Shown here piece by piece: positions 1-7,171 of a stretch of 32,000 bases of DNA (position 1 is the first letter of the stretch; each line of letters opens with the position of its first letter). The position numbers and the translations under genes were made by a program. Origin of the DNA: Candidatus Electronema halotolerans (GTDB lineage Bacteria; Desulfobacterota; Desulfobulbia; Desulfobulbales; Desulfobulbaceae); the NCBI GenBank assembly GCA_942493095.1, contig OW818675.1, positions 1,650,001-1,682,000 of the forward strand. Direction: 5' to 3'. The notes under the pieces were generated by a model. The model was not told where the DNA came from and ran no database searches. It worked only from the letters and a program-made list of their open reading frames with translations.

Positions 1-2
1 CT

Positions 3-1625
3 CAGCTGAACACGCAGGTGCAGGCCGCTGGCAGCAGAACCAGCACCGAGCTGGCTGACAGCATCATCGACAGTCTGAATGATGCGGAAGTGCCGCTCTC
101 GCCGCAGCAGGAGCTGGACTTGTACGGCCCGGCAGTGGAGAAGACGGCCTTGACTGAGATCAACGAAACCTTCCGCAGCCTCTGGCATGAGCGGCGGCTG
201 GTCAAAGTGGCAGGCACGGCTGATCTGACCGGCAAGGAGCAGAAGCCGGAGGAAATCGTCCTGGCTGCGCAGCAGGCTGCTGAAGCTGCGGAACTCAAGC
301 CGTGGCAGCCGCCTGCGCAAGGCACTTTTCCCTATCTGCCGGAGCCGGAGACAGCAGCGACTGTAACGAAGCACATTGCCTATGACAAGATCAAGGCAGA
401 CCGGTACGTGTTCAGCAACGGCCTGATCCTGAATCTGAAGAAGACCGACTTTGAACCCAATGAGCTGCGGGCAGCCGTGGTCTTTGGCAAAGGCGAGCTG
501 ACTGAACCAAAACCCGGCCTTTCCCTGCTTGCTCCGATGCTGGTCGAGGAAAGCGGGGTCGGCGGCTTGGAGAAGGAGCAGCTCAAGGCTGCTTTGGCCG
601 CGTATTCCAGCTCAGTCTATTTTGATGTTGATGAGGACAGTTTCCAGTTCCAAGGCAAAGGATTGAAGGAGGAGACCGAACTGCTCTTTCAGCTCCTCAG
701 CACCCGCCTGCACGACCCAGCCTTTCGGGCTGATGCCTTGAAGCGGACGCGGCAGAAAATTGAACAGCTCTACGCGCAGATGGGGGCTGCTGTGGAAGGG
801 GTGATGCAGCTCAAAGGCGCACGTTTTCTGGCAGGCGGCAATTCCCGTTATGGCCTGCCGCCACTGAAGGAGTTGCAGAAGCTGACTTTGGCTGATGTGG
901 AGAACTGGCTGGCTCCGCTTTTCCGCAACGAGCCGCTGGAAATCTCTGTGGTCGGCGATTTTGACCCGGAGCAGGTGATCAAGCTGGCAGGCAAATACTT
1001 TGGCGAGCCGCGCACAGGCGGTCAGCAGGCTGAGGGAGAGAAAATCCTCTTTCCTTCCAGCCAGAAGCTCACGCTCAAGGTGACGACCGCCAGTGACAAG
1101 GCCATGCTGGCCGTGGCCTGGCCCACAGATGATTTCTGGGACATCTCCCGCACCCGCCGCCTCAGCGTGCTGGCCGCAGTGCTTGATGACCGCCTGCGCA
1201 AGCAGATTCGCGAGGACATGGGCGCGGCCTATTCGCCCTATGTCTATAACCAGTCCAGCACGGTTGATCCCGGTTATGGTGTGCTGCGCAGCATGATGCT
1301 GGTTGAGCCGGACAAGGCCGCTCTGCTGACCGCGAAGCTGAAGCAGGTCGGGGCGCAGCTCGCAAAAGGAACAATTACCGCTGAGGAGCTGGAGCGTGCC
1401 CTGGAGCCGACCCTGACCTCCATCAAGGACATGGTGCGCACCAACCGCTACTGGCTCGAATCTGTGCTGATCAATTCAGCCCGGCAGCCGCAGCGGCTCG
1501 ACTGGCCGACCACAATTCAGAGCGACTTTGCCGCCATCAAGACAAAGGAAATTGCTACCTTGGCCAAACGCTATCTACAGCCGGAAAAAGCGGCGGAGAT
1601 CATCATCCTGCCGAAGAAAAACTAA
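3..1625 (+). CDS. M16 family (insulinase/PqqL-like) zinc peptidase, C-terminal portion; 5' end truncated by window edge
   Basis: ORF 18..1625 stays open upstream to base 3. The sequence has M16 C-terminal-like character (KLTLKVTTASDKAMLAVAWPTDD, RLSVLAAVLDDRLRKQIREDMGAAYSPYV), typical of inactive/active M16 C-terminal repeats. Confidence 0.85.
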   Translation, partial: QLNTQVQAAGSRTSTELADSIIDSLNDAEVPLSPQQELDLYGPAVEKTALTEINETFRSLWHERRLVKVAGTADLTGKEQKPEEIVLAAQQAAEAAELKPWQPPAQGTFPYLPEPETAATVTKHIAYDKIKADRYVFSNGLILNLKKTDFEPNELRAAVVFGKGELTEPKPGLSLLAPMLVEESGVGGLEKEQLKAALAAYSSSVYFDVDEDSFQFQGKGLKEETELLFQLLSTRLHDPAFRADALKRTRQKIEQLYAQMGAAVEGVMQLKGARFLAGGNSRYGLPPLKELQKLTLADVENWLAPLFRNEPLEISVVGDFDPEQVIKLAGKYFGEPRTGGQQAEGEKILFPSSQKLTLKVTTASDKAMLAVAWPTDDFWDISRTRRLSVLAAVLDDRLRKQIREDMGAAYSPYVYNQSSTVDPGYGVLRSMMLVEPDKAALLTAKLKQVGAQLAKGTITAEELERALEPTLTSIKDMVRTNRYWLESVLINSARQPQRLDWPTTIQSDFAAIKTKEIATLAKRYLQPEKAAEIIILPKKN

Positions 1626-1784
1626 CGGTTTTCGCAAGCTGCAAGAGAAATGCGCGGTCGGACAAACCGTTGCCGCGCATCCTTGTTCCAGTGGTTCCGC
1701 TTCATTGATTCAAGGCGGTTGAGCGAAGCCGAAGGATGCGTTTGCAAATTATGCTTCAGCTATCTTAGCGCATTGAAAAGAGTT

Positions 1785-2852
1785 CTATCCTTTTGCAGGC
1801 ATCCTGCTGATCAGCTTGCGGCAGCCAGAGGAAAAAGCGTAACTGTCCAGCTCCTCGCGGCTCACCCAGCAAAACTGATCAGCGGCGTGGAGCACTGGCT
1901 GTGGCTGCTGCCCAGCGGCCAGTTGGCAGGCAAAGGCATGGAGCTTGACCCGGTATTTGGTATAGCTGTGACTGACGCTGGCAAAGGGGCGCAGCTCCGC
2001 AACCTGAAACTCGGTCTCTTCAGCGATTTCACGCCGGGCAGCCTCTGCCGGGGTCTCGCCCTGCTCCAGTCTGCCGCCGGGGAACTCCCACAGGCCGCCC
2101 CAGACATCATCCGCCTGCCGCTGCTGAATATAGAATTTGCCCTGATGCGCAATAATGCCACAGGCCATGATGATGTCTAACCTGTCCGGTTTCTTTGCTG
2201 CAACAGGCCGCTGGCTGACTGTTCCGGCAGCACGCGCCCGGCAGCAGTCATGCACCGGGCACTGGTCACAGGCCGGATTTCGTGGCAGACAGACCAAGGC
2301 ACCCAGTTCCATCAGTGCCTGATTGAAGTTGCGCGCATCATCCGCAGGCAGCAGCCCGGCGCAGAGCTGAAGCAGCCGCTTCTTGGTTGCGCTCTGCTTG
2401 GGCGGCTCGGCAATGTCCTCAAGCCGGCACAAGACCCGTTCCACATTGGCATCCACGAGCGGCACCGGCTGATTGAAGGCAATGGAGCAGATGGCGGCGG
2501 CAGTGTATGGGCCAATGCCGGGCAGGGCCAGCAAGGCAGTCTCGTCCTCCGGCAGCCTGCCATTGTGCTCGTTCATTAAAATGGCCGCTGTCCTGCGGAT
2601 GTTCCGTGCCCGGCTATAGTAGCCCAGCCCTTCCCAGGCTTTGAAAACTTCCTGCTCCGAAGCGGCGGCTAAGGTTGCCATGTCCGGGAATTGCTCCAGC
2701 CAGCGGCGCAGATAGCTGACCACCCGCTCCATCTGGGTCTGCTGGCCCATGATTTCGGCAATCCAGACCTGATAGCTGCCGCGCCACGGCAGGGGCCGCT
2801 GGTGTTCAGCAAACCACGCGAGAAGGCCCGATACGTTCAACCTGTCACTCAT
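1785..2852 (-). CDS. mutY: A/G-specific adenine glycosylase with C-terminal NUDIX-like domain
   Basis: HhH-GPD core (PWRGSYQVWIAEIMGQQTQ, ALPGIGPYTAAAICSIAF, VPLVDANVERVLCR). Cys cluster CLPRNPACDQCPVHDCC for the Fe-S cluster. C-terminal NUDIX-like GGLWEFPGGRLEQGETPAEAARREIAEE. Confidence 0.96.
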   Translation of the reverse strand: MSDRLNVSGLLAWFAEHQRPLPWRGSYQVWIAEIMGQQTQMERVVSYLRRWLEQFPDMATLAAASEQEVFKAWEGLGYYSRARNIRRTAAILMNEHNGRLPEDETALLALPGIGPYTAAAICSIAFNQPVPLVDANVERVLCRLEDIAEPPKQSATKKRLLQLCAGLLPADDARNFNQALMELGALVCLPRNPACDQCPVHDCCRARAAGTVSQRPVAAKKPDRLDIIMACGIIAHQGKFYIQQRQADDVWGGLWEFPGGRLEQGETPAEAARREIAEETEFQVAELRPFASVSHSYTKYRVKLHAFACQLAAGQQPQPVLHAADQFCWVSREELDSYAFSSGCRKLISRMPAKG

Positions 2853-3029
2853 GGCTCACCATTGCTGTTTTGCTGTAGGATCGACTTGCGCATCCGGCAT
2901 CACCGGCCCCTGCTTTTGACAGGGCTGCGGGCTTTTTTTTCATTGACAGCAGGCCAGTTGCAACGTTAATAAGCAGTGCTGGATAGTACCTGATGCTGGG
3001 AAAAAGTCAAGCTGCTGTGGAGAAACGTC

Positions 3030-3650
3030 ATGACTGTCTCTGCTGGATTTCTGATTTATGTCGCTCTGTACCGCCTGACCGTGCTGGCAGTTGGCGCGCT
3101 GTCCATCTGGCTGGGTTTCCGGTTGTTCAACAATGCCGGAAGCAGAGCCGATGACAGTGTCGGTTCTGCCAGCGCGGAAGGCAACGGCTTCAAGCTGGCC
3201 CTGACCAGCATTCTGCCCGGAACCTATTTCGCCCTCTTCGGCACAGTGATCATCAGCATCATGCTGTGGAAGGGCGAGCCGCCGCAGTTGAGCGAGAAGC
3301 AGGTTATTGAACAGCCCGGCAAAGCAACTGTGTCTTCGGAAAGATTGATGCGGGAAGACTGTCGGGTCAATCCTGACGGCATAGCTCAGGAATGGGAAAC
3401 TCTGGGCAAGTCCGGCCTGACCTTGACCGAAGCTGCCGGGCCGCTGCACAAGATTGCCTGCTATTATTGGAGCAAAAATCGCATCGGTGAGGCTGTGGCA
3501 ATGGCAAAGCTGGCGGCTTTGTATGGCAAGGACGAGGACAAAGCAGACCATCTTGCCTTGCTGGCTGAACTGCTGCGGGCAAATGGCGATGAGGAAGGGG
3601 CGGCCAAGACTGAGCAGGCGGTTGAAGCGTTGCGGAGACAGGGACAATGA
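3030..3650 (+). CDS. Membrane protein with two predicted TM helices and a helical (TPR-like) C-terminal tail
   Basis: 206 aa ORF. Hydrophobic segments FLIYVALYRLTVLAVGALSIWLGFRLF and LALTSILPGTYFALFGTVIISIMLW. Stop codon overlaps the ATG of the downstream caspase gene (ATGA). Confidence 0.75.
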   Translation: MTVSAGFLIYVALYRLTVLAVGALSIWLGFRLFNNAGSRADDSVGSASAEGNGFKLALTSILPGTYFALFGTVIISIMLWKGEPPQLSEKQVIEQPGKATVSSERLMREDCRVNPDGIAQEWETLGKSGLTLTEAAGPLHKIACYYWSKNRIGEAVAMAKLAALYGKDEDKADHLALLAELLRANGDEEGAAKTEQAVEALRRQGQ

Positions 3651-4942
3651 AACGTGTGCTGCTGCTGATTGCGCTGACGGTTCTGCCTGCAACGACGCAG
3701 GCGGGCTTTGGCCGCTTTCAGGCCTTGGTGATCGGCAATCAGAATTACCGGCATCTGACCAAGCTGAAGACTCCGAAAGCTGATGCTGAGGCGGTCGCCA
3801 AGGTGCTGAAGCAGCAGTACGGCTTCACGGTTGAGCTGCTTTTGGACGCGACTTGGGAGCAGACCATGCGGGCCATTGCCAATCTGCGTAGAACAGCGAA
3901 CCGGAAAGAGGACAACCTGCTGATCTATTATGCCGGGCACGGTTATCTCAATGAAAAGACCGAGGTTGAATACTGGCAGCCAGTGGATGCGGAACGGGAC
4001 AGCGACATCTACTGGATTCCGACTTCCAGAATCACCAGCATGCTCAGAGAGCTGCGGGCCAGACATGTGCTGGTGGTGGCGGATTCCTGTTATTCCGGCA
4101 GCCTGCTGATGCGGGATTCTGGCGCGGAACTGCCGGACGGCTCAGGCTTGGATGAGCTGCTCCGGCGAATGCAGGAGAGACGCTCCCGCACAGCCCTGAC
4201 TTCGGGCGGCGAGGAGCCGGTTCTGGACGGCGGCGGCAGCGGCCATTCAATCTTTGCCAAGGTCTTTCTTGAGGTGCTGAAGACAAACCGGAGATTTTTG
4301 GACGGCTACAGCCTGTTTGAGCGGATCAGGCGGCCTGTCGCCCTGAACGCGCCCCAGACTCCGCAGTACGGGGATATTCGCATGACCGGTCATGAGTGGG
4401 GTGATTTTCTCTTGGTGCCCAAGGAGCTTCAGGGAGTGACGTTGCAGCAGCAGACGAGCAAGGTTGATTTGACATACTTGCAGCGGGGAGACAGAACAAT
4501 CGGGCAATATATTGATCATGGCGATGGCACGATCACTGACACGAAAAGCGGCTTGATGTGGAAACGCTGCTCAGAAGGGTTGGAAGGTGTGAACTGTGAA
4601 GAGGGAAAGGTGAAAAAATATGAATATGATGATGCGGTGAAGCGGTTCAAGAATATTGAATACGCAGGCTATTCTGACTGGCGGCTGCCAACCATTGATG
4701 AGTTGAAAACCTTGGTGCAGTGCAGCAAAGGGAAATATAAAGACGGTTGGTGCAACGATGGTTCTGAAAAACCGACGATCAACCAGCAGGCTTTTCCGAA
4801 TACCACTTCGTGGTACTGGTCCGGGTCGCCGTATGCTGGCAACTCGGACTACGCGTGGTACGTCCGTTTCAACGGCGGCTATTCCGGCAGCGACTTCCGC
4901 TTCAGCAACTACGCGGTTCGGTTGGTGCGCGGCGGACAGTGA
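3647..4942 (+). CDS. Secreted caspase-like (peptidase C14) protein with C-terminal DUF1566/Lcl (C-type-lectin-like) domain; candidate DGR target
   Basis: Signal peptide MKRVLLLIALTVLPATTQA. Caspase catalytic motifs LLIYYAGHGYLN (His) and VLVVADSCYSGSLL (Cys). C-terminal GTITDTKSGLMWKRC, YSDWRLPTIDELKTLV, YWSGSPYAGNSDYAWYVRFNGGYSGSDFRFSNYAVRLVRGG. Confidence 0.9.
   Translation: MKRVLLLIALTVLPATTQAGFGRFQALVIGNQNYRHLTKLKTPKADAEAVAKVLKQQYGFTVELLLDATWEQTMRAIANLRRTANRKEDNLLIYYAGHGYLNEKTEVEYWQPVDAERDSDIYWIPTSRITSMLRELRARHVLVVADSCYSGSLLMRDSGAELPDGSGLDELLRRMQERRSRTALTSGGEEPVLDGGGSGHSIFAKVFLEVLKTNRRFLDGYSLFERIRRPVALNAPQTPQYGDIRMTGHEWGDFLLVPKELQGVTLQQQTSKVDLTYLQRGDRTIGQYIDHGDGTITDTKSGLMWKRCSEGLEGVNCEEGKVKKYEYDDAVKRFKNIEYAGYSDWRLPTIDELKTLVQCSKGKYKDGWCNDGSEKPTINQQAFPNTTSWYWSGSPYAGNSDYAWYVRFNGGYSGSDFRFSNYAVRLVRGGQ
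4799..4942 (+). other. Putative DGR variable region (VR) with IMH-like A-free end (4913-4935)
   Basis: Located at the extreme 3' end of a CLec-fold gene. The putatively variable codons between 4832 and 4912 all end in C/T (TAT GCT GGC AAC GAC TAC TAC CGT AAC GGC TAT GGC AGC GAC TTC TTC AGC AAC TAC), compatible with AAY-derived adenine mutagenesis. Followed by an A-free 23-nt stretch GCGGTTCGGTTGGTGCGCGGCGG. Confidence 0.55.
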
Positions 4943-4960
4943 TTTTGTTTTTTTGCCTCT

Positions 4961-4993
4961 TGTCCCGGCAGGGACAGGCCCCTGTGCCTGTCC
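4961..4993. repeat. Overlapping GC-rich inverted repeats just downstream of the putative VR
   Basis: TGTCCC-GGCA-GGGACA (4961-4976) is a perfect 6-bp stem with a 4-nt loop. GGACAGG (4972-4978) and CCTGTCC (4987-4993) form a perfect 7-bp inverted repeat. Confidence 0.8.
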
Positions 4994-5017
4994 TGTTGCT
5001 GCTCAGGCAGGCGGAAT

Positions 5018-5123
5018 TTGTCGGGCGAGAAATGGAGCAAACGTCGCTCGACAAAAGGTGCATCTGTCGGGCGCGAGAAGGTGCAAGTCTCGCTCGACAG
5101 AGCGATGGAATTGTCGGACGAGG
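5018..5123. repeat. Short degenerate repeat with internal dyad symmetry (about 2.3 units of TTGTCGGGCGAGA...CGCTCGACAA)
   Basis: TTGTCGGGCGAGA at 5018, CTGTCGGGCGCGAGA at 5064 and TTGTCGGACGAGG at 5111. The reverse-oriented arms CGTCGCTCGACAA and TCTCGCTCGACAG follow the first two. Confidence 0.7.
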
Positions 5124-5128
5124 AAATT

Positions 5129-6028
5129 CTACTGCCTCTTTTTCCCCTGCGCCACCCGTGGCCTGCCTGCCCAGTCAGGTGCTATCCTGACTTGCTCATA
5201 GCAGCCCGCTCGCTGCAAAGCCTGTTCCGTCTCTGCGCCCAAATCCGCGCCAATCTCCATGAACAGCCAGCCGCCGGGCCGCAGGCAGGCCGCCGCCTTG
5301 GCGCAGATCGTCTCAATTGCTTCCATGCCGGAGCTGCCGCCGGACAGAGCCAGATGCGGTTCCCAGTCGCGCACTTCCGCTTGCAGGCCGGGCAGGTCGC
5401 CTGCTTTGATGTAAGGCGGATTGCTGACAATGAGATCAAAAAAAGGCGCAGCGGAAAAGGCGGTCAGCAGGTCGGCGCAGAGAAGCCGCACCTGCTCGGC
5501 CATGTTGTGCCGGAGCAGATTGCGGCGGGCCACGGCCAGCGCGTCTAACGAGCAGTCCGAGGCTGTGACTGCGGCAGATGGCAGCTCTTTGGCCAAGACG
5601 GTGGCAATCACGCCGCTGCCTGTGCAAAGATCAAGGACGTGGCAGGGATGAAACTGCTCTTGCGAGAGGGTGCTCAGAACGTGTTCAAGAAGGAACTCGG
5701 TCTCCGGGCGGGGAATCAGCACTGCCGGACTGACATAAAAATCCATGGACCAGAACTCGCAGGTGCCGGTGATGTGCTGAAGCGGCTCGCGCTGGCAGCG
5801 GCGGCGCAGGCATTCCTCAATATGCTGAAGGCGGTCAGGCAGGACACGTTCCTGCTGCCGCAGGAAAAGGCTGGTGCGGGACAGGTTGAGGCAGTGGCGG
5901 ACAAGCAGCTCCGCTTCCAAGGGGCTGTCTTCCACCCCAGCCTCAGCAAGGGTGGCAGCAGCCTCTTTGAGCACGTCATGAATTGTAAGGGCGAAAAATT
6001 TTGGCTCTCCGAGTTTTTCGGTCGTCAC
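5129..6028 (-). CDS. prmC: Peptide chain release factor N(5)-glutamine methyltransferase
   Basis: Methyltransferase motifs VLDLCTGSGVIATVLAKELP and FFDLIVSNPPYIKAGDLP (NPPY). Located close to prfA. Exact start uncertain. Confidence 0.93.
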   Translation of the reverse strand: MTTEKLGEPKFFALTIHDVLKEAAATLAEAGVEDSPLEAELLVRHCLNLSRTSLFLRQQERVLPDRLQHIEECLRRRCQREPLQHITGTCEFWSMDFYVSPAVLIPRPETEFLLEHVLSTLSQEQFHPCHVLDLCTGSGVIATVLAKELPSAAVTASDCSLDALAVARRNLLRHNMAEQVRLLCADLLTAFSAAPFFDLIVSNPPYIKAGDLPGLQAEVRDWEPHLALSGGSSGMEAIETICAKAAACLRPGGWLFMEIGADLGAETEQALQRAGCYEQVRIAPDWAGRPRVAQGKKRQ

Positions 6029-6059
6029 CCTGTTGCCTGTTGTTTTCTGATACCAAGCA

Positions 6060-6295
6060 TGAAAGCATCCCGGAATTGGTTGAAGATGTGCTCCTGCTGA
6101 CTACCGGGCAACAGGCTGCGGCTGAACCGGAGTGCTGGAATACGATCTGCTTGAGGATGAGGTCGGGGACTGGATTGCCGTGCTGCGGCAGATGGATGGT
6201 GAAACTTCGTTAGGTGAAATCCTTGCCGCACTGAGCTTGAAGCAGGCTGACATCTGGAAGAGGCGTTGGATTACGGAGTGGTGGAGGTCAGGTAA
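6060..6295 (+). pseudogene. Possible degraded fragment of a small helical/winged-helix-like domain protein, readable only with two frame changes
   Basis: ESIPELVEDVLLLTTGQQAAAEP / GVLEYDLLEDEVGDWIAVLRQMDGETSLGEILAALSLKQADIW / EALDYGVVEVR* reads as protein-like sequence across three frames. Confidence 0.35.
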
Positions 6296-6374
6296 TCTGA
6301 CGCTTTGAACAACAAGTCAGATACAACTTACTGTTTTTTTAAGTTAATAATTCGAGTTCAAAGGAGTTGATATT

Positions 6375-6420
6375 GATAAGAAGCGTGTCCAGCTCATTCA
6401 TGCTGAACACGCTTCTTATC
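6375..6420 (-). terminator. Strong hairpin, 18 of 19 bp paired, 8-nt loop; possible terminator or structural element
   Basis: GATAAGAAGCGTGT-C-CAGC / TCATTCAT / GCTG-A-ACACGCTTCTTATC. It abuts the stop codon of the minus-strand small ORF. No long T-tract follows on either strand. Confidence 0.5.
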
Positions 6421-6421
6421 T

Positions 6422-6559
6422 TTAGATAATACCCCATGCTAGAAGCCGACCTGCTTTCAATTCGCTGCGAATCGCAACAGAATTTTTTCTTCCTTTCTTG
6501 CCGGTCTTCCGTGCCGAAATAATCTTACAGTCTGTTTTTTTGCTGATATTACGTTTCAT
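6422..6559 (-). CDS. Small Lys/Arg-rich 45-aa protein candidate
   Basis: MKRNISKKTDCKIISARKTGKKGRKNSVAIRSELKAGRLLAWGII, an internal start of ORF 6422..6616. A near-perfect Shine-Dalgarno AAGGAGG lies ~6 nt upstream of the ATG on the minus strand. A strong hairpin follows immediately after the stop. Confidence 0.45.
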   Translation of the reverse strand: MKRNISKKTDCKIISARKTGKKGRKNSVAIRSELKAGRLLAWGII

Positions 6560-6592
6560 GATATCCCTCCTTCTTGATGATACGTGTTTTAA

Positions 6593-6615
6593 TGGCTTAC
6601 TTAATAAGTAAGCCA
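6593..6615. repeat. Perfect 10-bp palindromic stem with 3-nt loop
   Basis: TGGCTTACTT-AAT-AAGTAAGCCA, in the leader of the small ORF. Confidence 0.7.
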
Positions 6616-6623
6616 ATTTTATA

Positions 6624-6644
6624 GACGGATTGTCAAGATTTTTT
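6624..6644. repeat. Direct repeat copy A (21 bp, 1 mismatch to copy B at 6868-6888)
   Basis: GACGGATTGTCAAGATTTTTT versus GACGGCTTGTCAAGATTTTTT. Confidence 0.75.
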
Positions 6645-6851
6645 TAGCATAAATCGAAAAAAATAACCGCCAATGAGGATCAGCGTACAGGAACAAACAA
6701 GAATCCGACTTTCACCCCGGTTCGGACCTTTTGGGGACTCCTGTTTTTTTCTTTGCAGGCTGCAACCGTTTTACGTCCTGTTTTTCTTTTCATATATCGG
6801 ATGCCGTTTTCATGTTATCAGTATAGGGCATGAAACATTATTGTAATAATA

Positions 6852-6880
6852 ATTATCCTATCTGCTGGACGGCTTGTCAA
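6852..6880 (-). promoter_or_regulatory. Near-consensus sigma70-type promoter
   Basis: On the minus strand: TTGACA (6880-6875), exactly 17 nt spacer, GATAAT (6857-6852), preceded by AAAAAATC (UP-like A-tract). Confidence 0.55.
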
Positions 6881-6888
6881 GATTTTTT
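6868..6888. repeat. Direct repeat copy B
   Basis: GACGGCTTGTCAAGATTTTTT. Confidence 0.75.
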
Positions 6889-6985
6889 CAGTAGTGTCCG
6901 GTTAGGTTTTTGCATACGGTTTAACCCCGCATGGTGTCCTGTGACGATACCCGTCAGTTTTTTGACCCGCCATCAGCTCATTTTT

Positions 6986-7171
6986 GTGGATTCAACTCGC
7001 AAGTGCAACTTTTTTTGGTTATCCAAAAAGCATAAGTTGGCTGGCACTTTGAATACTTCATGTAAATTTTCAATTATTTTCTCTTAGTTAGCGACAAAAG
7101 CAAAGTTGTGACACTCCCGTAACTGCCTTTTCTTGCAACCAAAAAAAGTTGCACTTGGAACTTGAATTCAC
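6986..7171. mobile_element. 186-bp MITE-like non-coding element bounded by 35-bp terminal inverted repeats (31/35 identical, 21-bp perfect core)
   Basis: Left arm GTGGATTCAACTCGCAAGTGCAACTTTTTTTGGTT (6986-7020). Right arm AACCAAAAAAAGTTGCACTTGGAACTTGAATTCAC (7137-7171). No transposase between them. Confidence 0.6.

Noticed and set aside
2940-3692. 250-aa minus-strand ORF
   Set aside because: Antisense to the membrane protein that is translationally coupled to the caspase gene; no domain recognised.
6618-6636. Second sigma70 promoter at direct-repeat copy A
   Set aside because: Has TTGACA on the minus strand, but the nearest TATAAA lies only 7 nt downstream, with no -10 at 16-18 nt spacing.
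6830-7087. 85-aa plus-strand ORF in the AT-rich island
   Set aside because: Runs through the promoter-like sequence and into one arm of the inverted-repeat element; composition is unlike a real protein (scattered Cys/Phe/Trp) with no supporting RBS.
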